A stretch of 64,000 nt of DNA from Toensbergia leucococca (taxonomy: Eukaryota), in NCBI GenBank assembly GCA_022813965.1, contig JALDZS010000015.1:62001-126000 (forward strand). Reading direction: 5' to 3'. Below, piece after piece: positions 13,522 to 26,700 of the stretch. Made by a program: the position numbers and the translations under genes. Positions within the stretch are counted from its first letter, which is position 1. Each line of letters begins with the position of its first letter. The notes beneath the pieces were generated by a model, which saw nothing but the letters and a program-made list of their open reading frames with translations, did not search any database and was not told where the DNA came from.

Positions 13522-15082
13522 GTCTTACTGTTGACGAAGCTAAGATAGCTTGAACTTGAATAGTAGGCTGAAGGGTGATAATCTGAGATTGGATCTTTGA
13601 GTGGTATCTTGTATTTCTATTCCCTCGTGCTCTTATATAGATTCTTCGCCCGTTGCTCCTTGGGAGGAGAACCCACAATAGCTTACACGACGACGCCGGC
13701 GATAGGACGATGAAATTGGCGAACTGATAATGATTCCGGCGATAGGACGAGACTCGACCGAAGAAGAAACATACTTGCCATGCATTTATTTGTTGGTCTA
13801 TCCGACTGATCCTTTCGACTTAGGATTCTAGCACCAATTGGTCCGTGAAAGTAGCAAGGGTTAGCACCAATTGAGCCGGGACTGTAGCTCCCATGTTTTC
13901 ACCACAATTTCGTCCAACATCGATCATGGATCAAAACAATTAGTCCGGTAACAGATACTGTTCATTACATAGGTTGTGCAAGTGAAAACTTGAAGGATTC
14001 AAAGACTGCCTCACGCCTCTTCGCCCGTTGCCTTGTGCCGAACACCGAATACCGAACTATAACGAGACGCAACTGTACATGTTGGCGGCTACAAATATGC
14101 CGCTACTGCTCGAAATAGTCCGCAGGTCTAAGAGATGTCGCCTCGACCAGGGATACTGATTCTGATAACGACCTGACGCGCGCCTGCCTGCTACGTACTC
14201 GACCCAAAGTCAGATTTAACCACTCGGTGATGTGATGTCGTCTTGGTTAGGCAACCGGACACCTTTGAGTTCACACTCACTCTGAGGTTGTGAAGTTTTG
14301 CCATGGTGACATAGCGAGGGTAGGAGGAAATTGATACACTACCTCACTCGTGCTAAGATCTGAAGTCGGTAGGGTGGCGTGAGCTTTGTCGATGGACGTG
14401 ATGAGATGTTAGATATTGAGATGTAGGCTTCATTAGTAAGAGCAGGACTTATGGACGGTCAGGATGAATCGAGTGGAAATTTCCATTCATGCAAGAAACG
14501 AGATATTTGAAGGCCTGGCAAAACAAGCAATGCACGAAGACTTGCGGGAAGCATTATACAGCGTATGTATGGTTCCAACGACCCTATCGTTTCTTTGAGC
14601 TCTGACACTCAACATATAGTCTGACGAGCTCTCTCAGGAGAGTCATTTACACCGAACAACCATAGTCTGTAGAGGGCTGCTAAAAGACGCCATCTGTACG
14701 GCTTAAGGAGACAAATGGGAGTATCGGTATAGAAAGAGATGGGACCATAGCCGCTTTAAGTAAATGCCCTTGTTGATACTGGGGACGGCGTGGCTCAAAA
14801 AAACGGGATGCCATAGCTGTGGGTGGCTTGCGACTGAGGGATATTGACCTGACCTCATGCCTGGAGAGTAATCTATAATGTTGAGTGGAGAATATACCAT
14901 ACAAGCCACCTAGAGAAAGTAGCACACATGCTACCCATAACGAGAAGGAATGGCCTAATTCAGAGCACAAGATATGTTGAAAGTGGATCAGCTGGTGCGG
15001 ATACTCGAAATGTGTGATGATTAAATCTGCCGGGTAGAGCTGCAGCCTAAGTGCACTTGCCAATCGAGCTATTTACCTTACC

Positions 15083-15111
15083 TTAGGAGCTTAGGAGCTT
15101 AGGAGCTTAGG
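15083..15111. repeat. (TTAGGAGC)3.6 tandem repeat followed by AGGT-rich tract
   Basis: Direct reading of the sequence. Confidence 0.8.
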
Positions 15112-15407
15112 TAGGAGGGTAGGTAGAGGTAGGTAAGGTACTTATCTGAATGTCGATCATGTAGCTTCATTGCTCAAACAACCTTCTTCTTCTTTCGTTT
15201 CGAATATCAACATTCACCAGCAATTCTAAGTACAGTTCCACTTCTCTACTCAAGAGCATATCTTTCACTATTTAGGATTAATGGAACCATAAGAGGAGCC
15301 GAGTGTCTTTATGGCAAATCTTCTTTAACCGGCCAACTCGTCTTCCGTCACTCGCTTTTCAGATTCGTTATCATACCTTAATTAGCTGTTGTATTTAGCT
15401 GTCCATC

Positions 15408-17296
15408 ATGCTCACCGATACCTCTACAAACAGATCTTTAGCAGCTTTGCCAATCCCGGCAAAAGATCCGAAACCTTGCCCAAAGAGCTTTGACAACGTT
15501 AGTTTTGTCAGACCGTCACCAAGTGCCTCCCGCACCGAGGCCCAAAATGCGCAACAAACGAATCAAGTTCCTGTTCTCCCACCGAATACCTTGAAGGATC
15601 CGCCAAAGTTGTCTCCATCAAGGAAACGTCTCAGCGACCTCCCCTCAGAGATCCAGGAGAAAATACTTGGCCATCTCATTGGGCATCTTGGCACGACATC
15701 TTCTGCCTCAGTGGACCTCTATGGCACGCGGAATTGGAGTACGGCCATGCGACACCCGCATAGAGACCTTATGTTCAATCTAGCCTTGGTCTCAAGGGCA
15801 TGGCAATGTATGGTGCAACAGAGGCTATACCGTCATAGTACGTATGAGATCGTAGAACATATTCCGAAAAGTTAAAACGTGTCTTGAAAATCTATTGCTG
15901 ATTTCTTGAAAAAGTAAAGGTCATGGGCACAAAGGAAGGACTCAACAAGTGTGCAGACTGGTTCCTGACAAACATCCACCTCCAAGAACATGTTCGGCAC
16001 CTTGAGGTCTTGGTTCCAGTGTGGGAAATGAAGCCCGGACGCCATTCTACGCAAGCTGCATCGGCTTCAAGGACAAACGAGCCTCGAGAACCCCCTGTGG
16101 TTTTTTCTTGGATACGTGATAGTAGCGGTGGCAACCTGACCTCTAACAACCTGGTCTTCAACAATGACAATGCAGCCTACCGACTTGCACATGACACTGC
16201 AGCGTTACAAAATGCGACTCTAGATGAGATCTTTGGGTACGCAAAATGTCTTTTCCCCTTCGCATGTGCTCTGACCATCGAAGGCGGTTCTTGTATGAAG
16301 CCACCCAAGATCCAGCAATTCCGGGGAATGCCAGCGGCATTGGACACATCTACGAACAGATGGGGCACTGAAATAATCGTCGTACCCCACTTCAAGGGGC
16401 TCCAATCCGACAAGAGCATGCAACACATAGATTCGCTTTTTGGTTGTTCGCAACCAGGGGAGCAGATTGCCACACATCAAAGACTACCAGACCTTCCCAA
16501 CATACGTACCCTCGTCCTAAAAGGGGCGTGGAACATAATCCGCAATCACTTCGATTTCAAACTCTTGACAACATCGCTCCCTAATCTCCGAGAATGGCAT
16601 TGCGCCTATGCGAAACCTAAAACGAAAGGCTACATTGCAATCTGCGCCATCCTGGAGCATTTTCCCCCCACGATTGCCCATGTCAACATCTGCCTAGAAG
16701 GTCTTTCCGGGGACGGATGCTCTTTGAAAAAATGGCGTAAGCTCTACCCAAAACACCACATCTGTGTAGACTTTGGCCGTATCGCTCCCCAACTCGAAAC
16801 TTTGACCTACACTGGCCGTATCTGTTCTTGCCTCTTCAATACCGCTAGTGAAGCCGTCATCAAGAGCCGCGATGCCTCTAGACTTAAGTCTGTGGACATT
16901 ATCGTTCGAAACTGCTGCCGTCGCGACCCCAAAGCCGACAGCGATGGCACAGGCGCTTACAACCGCTCTTTCATCCAAGCATTCGAGGTTCTCGTCCGGG
17001 CAAGTGTTCATTCCCTACGCTCATTCCCCCATCTCAATTCCCTTCGAATTCGCTTCCTCGACCTCGATTCGCTCAGTCCGCTTCTGAACCCTTATTTCGA
17101 GCTGCAAGATACGTCCTGCCAGGGCCTTTGGAGCGATGAGATTCTCCAGGCACTAGCGGAGACGAGACCGAATGCAAAATTTCCGGAAGCGAAAACTGAC
17201 CTGCTGATACATGGCGGGAAGGCAGGTGGTCGGCCGAAGAGCATGAAGGCGAGTGATTATGCCGGGTTGATGAGTGCAGGAGATCTTTGGTATTGA
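15408..17296 (+). CDS. Hypothetical protein with F-box-like motif and LRR-like region
   Basis: LSDLPSEIQEKILGHL...LALVSRAWQCMVQQRLYRH, followed by repeated LxxLxL segments. One intron ~15838-15914. Confidence 0.7.
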
Positions 17297-17859
17297 AGCA
17301 TGCTTGCGAAATGAGAAGTACTGGAGGCGATGGCGAGTGGATCACTATCAAACGAGACAATCATCGAGAGGACTTTTTCGAGGACTTTTCCGGACTTTTG
17401 TGAAATTTAATCAGGTGTCGGCGAAATGCGAATACCAAAAGCGGCAAGCAGATATTGACTTTGTGCTCAGGTTCAAGGCGCAAAATGATACCCAGGGCTT
17501 GGAGCGGAGAGGTGTCCTGGAAATTTTGTTCCTGTCGTCGTAGGCATCCTATTTCTTGTACTCGAGGGTTGATAGATAGCGCACACACAAGACATACGAA
17601 GGATATCTGGACGGATCGCTTTCGTGTGCGGGCTGTTCTTTTCTTCTATTTGAGGACGGATTGGAGAGGATTAGCCGATGGGTGGAGAAATGAATGCCGC
17701 TGAGGGAAAAGGGTTAGTGGAAGTGACTTGCATACGCAGGCGGGAGAGAAGTCATCGGCGGATTTTGTAAAGTACAGATTAAAGTCGAATTTTTCCACAA
17801 GGAAATATCGTCAATAGCTCTGCTCTTTGGCTACAACGTGACACCAGCCTCCCTCAAGT

Positions 17860-19308
17860 CTAAAACACCTGTTTCGTAGCCTTTGCTCTCTCCTCTGCCG
17901 GCATTCGCAGTGTGTTCTTCTTGCTTTCTCGATTCCCGATGTCGGTGATCATGATGCCTAGGATCCAGATGTTTGTGGCGAAGAAGGCCAGGCTGCTAAG
18001 CCAGAGACCCGGGACGAAGGTGCTGTGGCCGAGGAATTCGAGCGCGTAGGCTTGGTGGAGCCATAGTGCCTTCATAAGGGGAGGGGGTTTAGTATGGGAG
18101 GGAAGGTTGTGAAGGGGGTTTGAGGAGGAGCGAAAGGGGGGACTGGGATTTTAGGGGACTTACTTGTGTTGCTATCCAGAGAGTTGCGGCTGTTAGGCCG
18201 AGGCGGGGGAAACGGAGGATGGAGGAGTGGGGCAGGTAGAAGGGCAGGAGGATTGTGTACCAGAGGAAATACTGTGTTGAGGCAAGGGCGGGGATTAGCG
18301 GGTATGTAAATGAGAGTGAGTGGGTTGGGGGGGATCAAGTACCTGGCTTGTGCAGACCTTATTAAAAGCCACGAACGCAAATGTCTGCGCTAGCATTGTG
18401 CTTGGCAGGTCTTTCTTTGCGAGGGCTAGGGGGATGATGATGGCGCTGAGGGCGAGTTGCGGAATGAAGGCTAGGGATTCGAAGTGGAGTTTTGAGGGGG
18501 AGGAGGAGGAGGAGAGGTGGAGGAGGATGTTGTAGGGGGAGAAGTTGTGGCGGTGGTCGATGCGCGTGAGGTGGTGGAGGTAGGTCTGGGTTAGGAAGGG
18601 GGTGGAGTAGAGGGCGTACATTGTGAGGGTTAGTAGGCCGAATGTGAGTAGGGAAGTTAGGGTTAGGGTTATGCGGTCAGGGGTCATGAAGGCGAGGACG
18701 CGGGCTTTGAGAGTTCGATGAGGAGAGGTGGATGGGAGTGGGGCCAAGTGCCAGAGGATGGAGGGCCCGTAGATAAAGGGGTAGATTTTGAAGTGCACGG
18801 CTAGGCCTAGAAGGATGCCCGCCAGCTTGATTCGCCGATGCGAGACTGCCCAGACGAGCGCTACCACCAAGACTCCCAACAGGCCCTCGGAGCTCCCGCG
18901 CGTGCTGATCGTCGCCACCATTGGATTCAGCAGCCAAATCCCCGCGAACTTGAGCGCCCGCTCCGTAGCCATGCCATCGCCCGCCGGCGAGCGCAGCACA
19001 AGCACAATCAGCCATCCGGCAACGATATCTGACAGCGCAAACACGACTTTGCCAAACGAGAACCATGCCGTGCCGGGCCAGGCGGTGGGCAGGAGCAGCC
19101 AGGCCAGTAGGGGCGTGTAGCGGTAGGTTTCGCGCTGGTAGGGGGATAGGTTGTGGGAAACGTAGCGGGCGGCGTCCGTGAAGACGAGGTAGTCTATGTC
19201 TGTGTATTTAAGAGGGGAGTGGGCGTCTTGGTAGAGGCCGTAGAGGAGGAGGATGGTACGGAGGAGGGTTGCGGTTGTGAGGAGGAGGGGGGTGGTGAAG
19301 AGGCGCAT
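17860..19308 (-). CDS. GPI14: GPI mannosyltransferase 1 (PIG-M)
   Basis: KYTDIDYLVFTDAA, RETYRYTPLLA, ISTRGSSE, HFKIYP, RIDHRHNFSPY and FNKVCTSQ|YFLWY. Two 3' introns. Confidence 0.95.
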
Positions 19309-19974
19309 GATTGGTGGAATTGGTGGAACATTGCTCAATGGCGCATCGGAGTTCTGGGAGAGTCGGACGGAGAGAGATATTTTGAGAACATTGAATGTTC
19401 TTTCTTTCCGGTCAATCGAGAAAAAGAGTTAATACAGATTTTAGACAGAGGCGGTCCCTGGATGAGAATATCTGTACGGATAAGGAGTAGTCCCAGGGAT
19501 TACTCGTGTCGCGGAAAAGTCTATCTTCTTGGCAATCTAACCCGATCAGGGACCACCAATCAAGTTGCCCACATCTCAGAATACCTTACGGGCCTCCCTA
19601 TGAATGCGCACACTGTGATGATACTGTAAAGATATAGTAAAATGATTGATTCAGTATGCGTACAATAAAAACCTTTTGTTACTGTACTATCATCATTTAT
19701 ATATTTTAACAGTATAATTTTGAAACACTGAAACAGGAGTTTACAGAGACTTTGACATGACAGTGCATATAGTTCCCTTCACAAATCATCAACATCAAGA
19801 AACACAATTGTGATTAAAAGACTGCTCTACTACTGTTATGAGCTAAATAACGGTGTCAGTGTTTATATACAGTGTTTATATACAGTGTCAGGACAGTGTC
19901 AGAACAGTGTCAAACTTAGCTGAAAAAAATAAAACTCTCTTTATTCACTTAAACTATCATACTTCGCATTTACC

Positions 19975-20490
19975 TCTTCAAAATCCTCATGCTAATTGCT
20001 TACCTACCGCGATGATTTCACATACAAAATGGCCTAGGTAGATCTTCATTATTTACCTGATTCAAATCCTCATGCTAATAGCGTACCTGCCTAGGGAATT
20101 GAGACGATTTCACATACAAAATGACCTAGGTAGGTCTCCATCTATCTGATTCAAATCCTCATGCTAATAGCGTATCTGCCTAGGGAATTGCGATGATTTC
20201 ACATACAAAATGATCACGAGTTTTCAGTGCAAAAGGCTTAGGTAGGTGTTCTCTGTTTACCTGATTGTAAGGGTCTCTTTTGAGATTCCGAATTCTGGGC
20301 GTAATGCTGGATGAATAGCTATCTAGGTGCGAAGTCACTAAATATACCGTGGTGATGCCAAGCCACTTAGGGTTCTTGGCTCGCCTATCCTCGCCTAACT
20401 ACCCTAGCCCTAGGAAAGCACCGTAACACTGATTCAAATCCTCATGCTAATTGCCTACCCACCTAGGGAAACGTGATGAATTCACATACA
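19975..20490. repeat. ~89-bp tandem repeat array (4 units) in AT-rich intergenic DNA
   Basis: Recurrent TTCAAATCCTCATGCTAAT...ATTTCACATACAAAAT; CTGATTCAAAT copies at 20057 and 20146 are 89 bp apart. Confidence 0.85.
20266..20428. mobile_element. Solo LTR (163 bp) of an LTR retrotransposon
   Basis: TG..CA termini (TGTAAGGG...CCGTAACA) and a 5-bp TSD CTGAT at 20261-20265 and 20429-20433. Removal restores the tandem unit TTTACCTGATTCAAATCCTCATGCTAAT. Confidence 0.8.
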
Positions 20491-21058
20491 ATTCTCTTCT
20501 ACCTACTCAATTTCATACTTGATTTCATATCTATCAGTCTAGAAAATTGTGATGAATTCACATGCAATAATCAGTTAGATAGAATAATGAAATAGATAGT
20601 AGTGTTTATGAATTCCGTAATTAATTTTGATGACAGTACCTATGAATTAATCATTTATTGCATAATTAATTCATCTACAGTGTAATTCACTTGACACCGT
20701 TTCAATTCTGACACTGTTATGCAATGGATTAATCATAGACAAGCGTCATAGTTATCCTTTGCATAACTAAAATAATCTGCTAATCATACTTGTTAATACA
20801 CTAGGTTGGGCTGGTCAGCAAAATCAACCATTATTTTTTAATGACATCATACTATTACTATGTCTATACGGTGTGCGCATTCATACGGAGGCCCGTAAGG
20901 TAGGTGGGAATGTAAGCGGTCCGATTGGTGATCCCTGATCGGGTTAGACTGCCAAGAAGATAGACTTTTCGGGGACACAAGTAGTTCTAGACTTTCATAG
21001 GGCTTAGCGAAAGTCTTCAATTCTTGCCCACGACTTCCGAACTCTTCAGCTTTCAAAC

Positions 21059-22006
21059 ATGGCAGGTGTCAAGCGCTCACACGACGGCAGCACCATGGAT
21101 AAAGCCTCAAGCTCTTCGTATTTCATGCCCATGTTTGAGACCTTCCGCAACGAGCTGGATGAACACTATGACCGAAGAGAGCGCATCATCAAAGCATCCC
21201 GGGACATCACTGCCTTGAGCAAAAAGATGTGAGCAATACTAGGAGACGAGTAAGAACAATGCTCACCAGGCGCTAGGATCTTCTCTCTTCAGCGGTATGA
21301 AATTGAAGTCCATGTTGGTGTTGAGCATTGTCGCATCTGACATGCACTTTGCAGCGTTCATAAATTGCAAGCTGATATGCCTGCAAATGTTACTAAAGAA
21401 AACACTCCCCGCCAATCAACAATCAATGATCTTTTTAAATCTATCGCTCCGGATTTGCATGATATAAATTCTTGGCGTTATCAAAGGCAGATCTCTGGGG
21501 GCGTACAAGAATATATGGAGGCTGTTTCTTTTCAGCGATACCTTGAGACGCAACGACTCATCGCGTATGAAGAAGCACAGAAAACAATACCTGACGGGAT
21601 ACTGCTGAGCGAGGATGACTACCTTCTGGGACTTTTTGACCTAGTTGGAGAACTTATGAGGTTTGCAATTACGAGCATGGCTACAACCGGACAGGTTCCA
21701 AGCGGCACATCATCAATAAAGGTTGACGACGAAACAAAAGCTTCTAGTGAGGAATTGAGAGACATTTTGACGGATCTGAGGTTACTAAGGACGCGTTTCG
21801 AGGCATTGGACACTACTGCCTGTACAGCCAGTGGATCATTCTTAGGGAAGGATGTGGAGAAGAAGATGGAGGTAATGAAGACGTGCGTAGAGAAGGTGGA
21901 GAAAGCGGTTTACGGAATGATCATAAGGGGTAGGGAGAGACCAAAAGGATGGATACCAGATCTGAGGGATGAGGAACGGGGTCGGGAGCTGGGAGAAAGC
22001 TATTGA
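21059..22006 (+). CDS. TSNAX: Translin-associated factor X (TRAX)
   Basis: ELDEHYDRRERIIKASRDIT..SKK|IFSLQR, GGVQEYMEA and DYLLGLFDLVGELMRFAI. Includes an 18-nt microexon. Confidence 0.9.
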
Positions 22007-22157
22007 TGTAGTGAGCAGGAAGTAGAGTGAGTTGAGGCATCATAGCTTGGAAATCATGGCAATCCAAGAAGAAATTTTCAGAGTTCTCTCAGTGGCAAGA
22101 CATAGCTGAAGCACTGGGTATACGCCACCAACCCCCCTTTCTCAATCCTCTTCGTCA

Positions 22158-22712
22158 TCATTCCTCTGTAGGATCCTCATCAGTGCGGAGAATACCCTCC
22201 TTGATCAGTTCTTCAGCCTTCGGACGATTCTGAATCTTCTGCCCCAGACTATTTGCTCGCATGTGCTTCTGTAGCTCCTTCTGCTGGCCCTGTAATGCTG
22301 GCGCAGCAGTTGAATCTGGAAGAATATTGCCTACAGCAATCAACCATTCCCGTCAGCGGACAGGACATTCAAGAAGTTCCTCAGAACGGAACTAAAGCCG
22401 ATACATACGTTCAATCAGTTCTTCACGATCTGGTCGTTTACCCAGTCCTTTCTTCAAGTTGTCTGTAGCTCGTTGGCGCTCGAGGTCTTGGGCTGCTGAT
22501 TGAAGCGCTCTAAGCATATAGTTATTAGCAGGGAGCGATCACAGGATATCGGGAAGCTTTTACGGCGCGGCATTGGTATCAAGTAGGATATGTCGGTCTT
22601 TCAAGTCCTTGGGTTCGGGTCTAGTCTGAAGGTGTTTCTCCAACGAGTTGCGGCGCTCCAGAGGAGAAATGGGACTTTCGTCGATCAAAGGTGTGGGAGT
22701 TTCATCAGCCAT
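22158..22712 (-). CDS. RPEL repeat protein
   Basis: Three repeats: LEKHLQTRPEPKDLKDRHIL, LEERTG..DREELIERNIL and LGQKIQNRPKAEELIKEGIL. Two introns. Confidence 0.85.
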
Positions 22713-23161
22713 ACTGGAGCTGTGGCCTTGAAAAGATGATTTTCTGACCTAGGGGAGTAAAGTTAAAGAAGATGGGATTCGTTAATAGACACAACAAACC
22801 CCGTGCCCCACAACAACAGATGACGCTACAGCTAGCGCGGGGTCCAATGAAAGTGCCGGAGCGGCACGCACGAGGCACCGTGGCACCTAATTCCGATTGA
22901 AGAGGCTCGGATGCCTGAGGCAGAAGATGATCATTAAATATCGTCCTTGTATTCGAGCGGCAGAGATGTCATTGGACCTTCGTCACAACATTAGTGACCC
23001 TTGTAGTCTTGTGGACAACACCTCATTATGCTGTCGCTACAAAAACTTCACGAATACTCAGGCAACCTTCATCTCATCACCTGATATCGTGTCGCGTGCT
23101 TTTGCACTTGTGACACGCCCATCCGCGTTACGCTAAGCGTATTCACTAAATTCCTTTCTAA

Positions 23162-25886
23162 ATGTGGATTCTTCAGAGTGATGGGAATGCGTTGGACAGT
23201 AAGTCTATACAGACACAAACCTTTGAAATCGGCATCCAAAAAGTTGGACTAAATCCGATCTTCCAGACAGAAGGTTGTGGCTACGACCTGGAGGAAAATA
23301 TTTGTTTGGCCGAACACCGAAACCTCCTGAGCGAGCAAGAAGTAAATGTATGAATTGTAACCATATGTATTTGTTTCCTGTATATTGACATCTTTAGCCA
23401 AATTCCTACTTGATCATTCCAGCGTCTCTCGAAAACACGTGACACTCTCTGTCTCGGAGGTGACGTCTGGTGAAGGGGTAGGATGCCTTTCTTTCCGTGC
23501 TTGAGGCAGTTTTGTTAATAGCTCCAGTCTCTGGTCAATTCTCGAACTGAGATTACCCTCGAAGATGAGCAAACCAAGCACGGTACCGACGTCGACGGTG
23601 AAAAGGTGGCCAAGGGCGGGAAGAAGGTGCTGAAAGGTGACGAGCATACATTCCAGCTCGGTACCTCCAAAGAAGTATTTAGGTACGTTGTTAAAATCTA
23701 CGTCCTTAGCCCAGACTAAAGATTGTCTCCAAGAATCAAATGGCAGCCAGTGGTCCTCTCATTCTCCTTCAGCTCAAAAGAGACGAAAGGAGGCAAGGAT
23801 CCTCTGATCCCCGTACGAGGCCGACTGGAAGATCTTGACATCAAAGCCATCATACCGTATATCATCGGAAAAACGACGCATGTCGTAGCCGGCAAACGGA
23901 ACACCGCTAAAGGTCTACAGGCTCTGATAAATGCCAAGTACATCGTCACTGAAGCTTTTGTCGATGCCTTGGTCTACGTGACTACGCCGGGGAACTTAGA
24001 TGAGCTGGAAAGCTTGTCTCCCCTTGAGGAAGATTTCGATGCAAACTGGCCCGATCCATTGCAATATTTGCCTGGGCAGAGCAAAGAGCCAAGTCTGCGT
24101 CCTACAGAGTTCTTCGAGCCCAAACCACAGCGAAACAACGTCTTTGATGGCTACACATTTGTCTTTTGTGATCAGACGCAATTCGAAGCATTGCATCTTC
24201 CTATCGCCAATGGAGGTGGCAAGGCTCTGCAATTCAACTTGGAAGACGGCAAGACGTCCGCAGATGAGGTAGTCCGTTTTGTCAAGAACGCGGCAGGAGA
24301 GAAGGGTCTTGGAGAGTTCGAAGATGGAAGCGAGGGTAAGGGAGTCGTTGTTGTAAGATTCAGGGGTGGAAAAGGTTTCATAGATTGGGCGACACGTGTT
24401 GCCGAAGAAGTTGCACAGACTCTCGACCAGCGACTCATTGAACAAAGCGAATTCTTAGATGCAATCCTGTTGAACGATGCCAGCGCGCTTAGAAGACAAC
24501 TGCCAGAAGCTGAGGAGGAGAGTGTGACAGCACACGGGCCATCAGCTGGTAGGTCTTCTTATCTAGGCTCTTATGACTAGTTTGACGCTCATATGATAAT
24601 AGCCTTAAGTCAGAATCACTGTGCGGGCCAGGAAGAGCAACAGTCCGTCGTTGATGAGCCAGCACAACCGGAAGACTCGCAACCACCGCCGAGGCGTGTC
24701 CGTCCTCGAGGAACTATCGTCAGCCGCTTCAAGGGATTCGATGATGGGTTTGGCGAATCGGCCAATATAACGCCATCCCACAATATCGATCTGTCTTTGT
24801 TTAATAGTGAACACAATCGTGGAGCGTCACAGTATGACTCTGTATGTGACGTCCCATTCCCGTAATACTTGAATGTTGTGTGCTGATAGCTGGCAGAATC
24901 ATGTGTCCTTTGGAGATTCTGCAATGGAGGTTGACTCACAGGGAATTGAAAACAGCATGACGCAAACGCAAAATCCTAGGAAGAGACGCTCACCGCCCTC
25001 GGAAGAGGAGAATGATGATGAGATGGTTGATCAACTTCTACCAGCCGCAGCAGCTATGAAGCGGCGCAGGATTGAAGAAGATAAAGAGTCGCAGCAGAGG
25101 GGTAAGACCAACGAAGCCTCATTGAGTAGGTTGCAGAAGCCTGCTGAGACAGCAAAGAAACGAAAACCAAAGAAAGAGGTAAATATACAAGAAACTGTGC
25201 GTGAAAGGCGTGAGGCAGAGGAAAACGCGGCAAGACGCGATGAAGAATCGCTTAAAGGGAATCTCGATGGTATGACAGTCGAACAAATGAAGAATCTCGT
25301 CGTAGTTGAGGACATGGAGTTTCCGGAGCGTAAAGACAGACCTCAACGGATGGGTAGGGATGCTCATGCCAGTAGTCGATGGGACGAGCGATGGAACGGA
25401 CGAAAGAATTTCAAGAAGTTCCAGCGCAGAGGAGAAGGCACTGCAGTAAGGCGTGGGCAAAGTGTTATCGTGCCGCTAGAAGAAGTCAAGAAGAAGGACT
25501 TTGGTGTTGGTGAGGCATACTGGCTTGAAAGCGAAAAGTCAAAGCGAAAGCGAAAGGAGAATGATCAAGCTACTCAATCTCAAAGCCAGCCTTTCGCCAC
25601 GGCAAGATCCCAGGCAGCAGAAGTACCGAAAGGACTTACTGATATGGAGGGCCCCGAACTCGTGGACATTGAAGAACCGCGGACGACGAGACGAATGGAC
25701 CGTACCAATCGATTGGAGGAAGGCAGTACGCGGTCTCAAGTTGCGAATAGAAAGCGTCCTGCTCTAGCTAGTACAGGAGGTAGAGCTGCGAAGAAGCAGA
25801 AGACGTTGGTAGCGAGGGAATCAGAAAGCGAAAGCGAAAGCGAAAGCGAGGATGACATGAGGTTCAGGTTCAAGAAGAGAAGGTGA
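23162..25886 (+). CDS. NBS1: Nibrin/Nbs1 (MRN complex; Xrs2/ScaA ortholog)
   Basis: FHA start MWIL..LWLRPGGKYLFGR..SVSRKH, BRCT-like region, Mre11-binding KNFKKF and acidic C-terminus EDDMRFRF. Multiple introns. Confidence 0.92.
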
Positions 25887-25996
25887 TGGTGGATGAAAAG
25901 CACGCATCTAGTTGTAAATTTGCTATGCAAAAATAGACATCTCGGAATACACTTTCAATCTTATACTTATATAAACGCTTATTAGTCTTCCGCTCA

Positions 25997-26533
25997 TTAG
26001 TCTTCCATCGCCCTCTCCTCCATCGCCTCAACGGCCCTCTCCAACTCTCTTAGCCTTCCTCCCACCCTTCCCCGAATCTCCTCCCCAACGCCCGGCTCTG
26101 ACTCCCTTACCGCAGCCTCAAAGGCCTGTTTCAATTTCGCCAGTTCTTCCTGTGCAGCTGCCCGGTCTTCTGCAGCATAGATGGATTTGTTCTCAGTCTC
26201 TTCCGAGGCAATCTCGAACTTTCCGAGTATCAATTGGGGCTATACGGATATTGGGGGATTGGTTTCGGGGAGGAGTTACTTCGTCTTTGGCAGTCGCGTA
26301 GCTATATGATAGGAGTGGTTAGTGGGTATTGTTTTCAGGCTGAGTTGTAGCAGGGGGGCGGACAGCTCTTGGAGATTTTCTACTTTTTCGTCGGCGGAGG
26401 TTTTGGCAGCGTAGTGACGGGTGTGGGTGTAGGCCGGGCGGGAGGGCAGCGCGGGGAAGCGAGAGGATCGGAGAGGGGGCCGGGAGGATGTGAGAAGGGA
26501 GCGAGGGAGTCGGAGGAGGCGTCGTGGAATCAT
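25997..26533 (-). CDS. Conserved hypothetical protein, probably mitochondrial
   Basis: Arg-rich presequence-like N-terminus; spliced ENLQEL-YATAKDE-FEIASEETENKSIYAAEDR helical domain. Confidence 0.7.
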
Positions 26534-26700
26534 TGTAAGGACTGGAGGAAGATAGAAATCAGTGTTTGCAGGGCATGTTCTTTACCCGTCAATATGCAAC
26601 ATGACGTCGCGACCTGACCCAAGTGGTGAAGCTTTATTATAGTCACGCGATCAGTCCCTCGAGTCCTCAATCCACTTCCCATAATATTCACATCCTTGCT

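Noticed and set aside
18656..18671. TTAGGG telomere-like repeats
   Set aside because: Only ~2.5 units, within GPI14 coding sequence (TLTLT).
19975..20490. CRISPR-like repeat/spacer appearance
   Set aside because: The intervening sequences are also homologous, so it is a tandem repeat. The context is eukaryotic and no cas genes are present.
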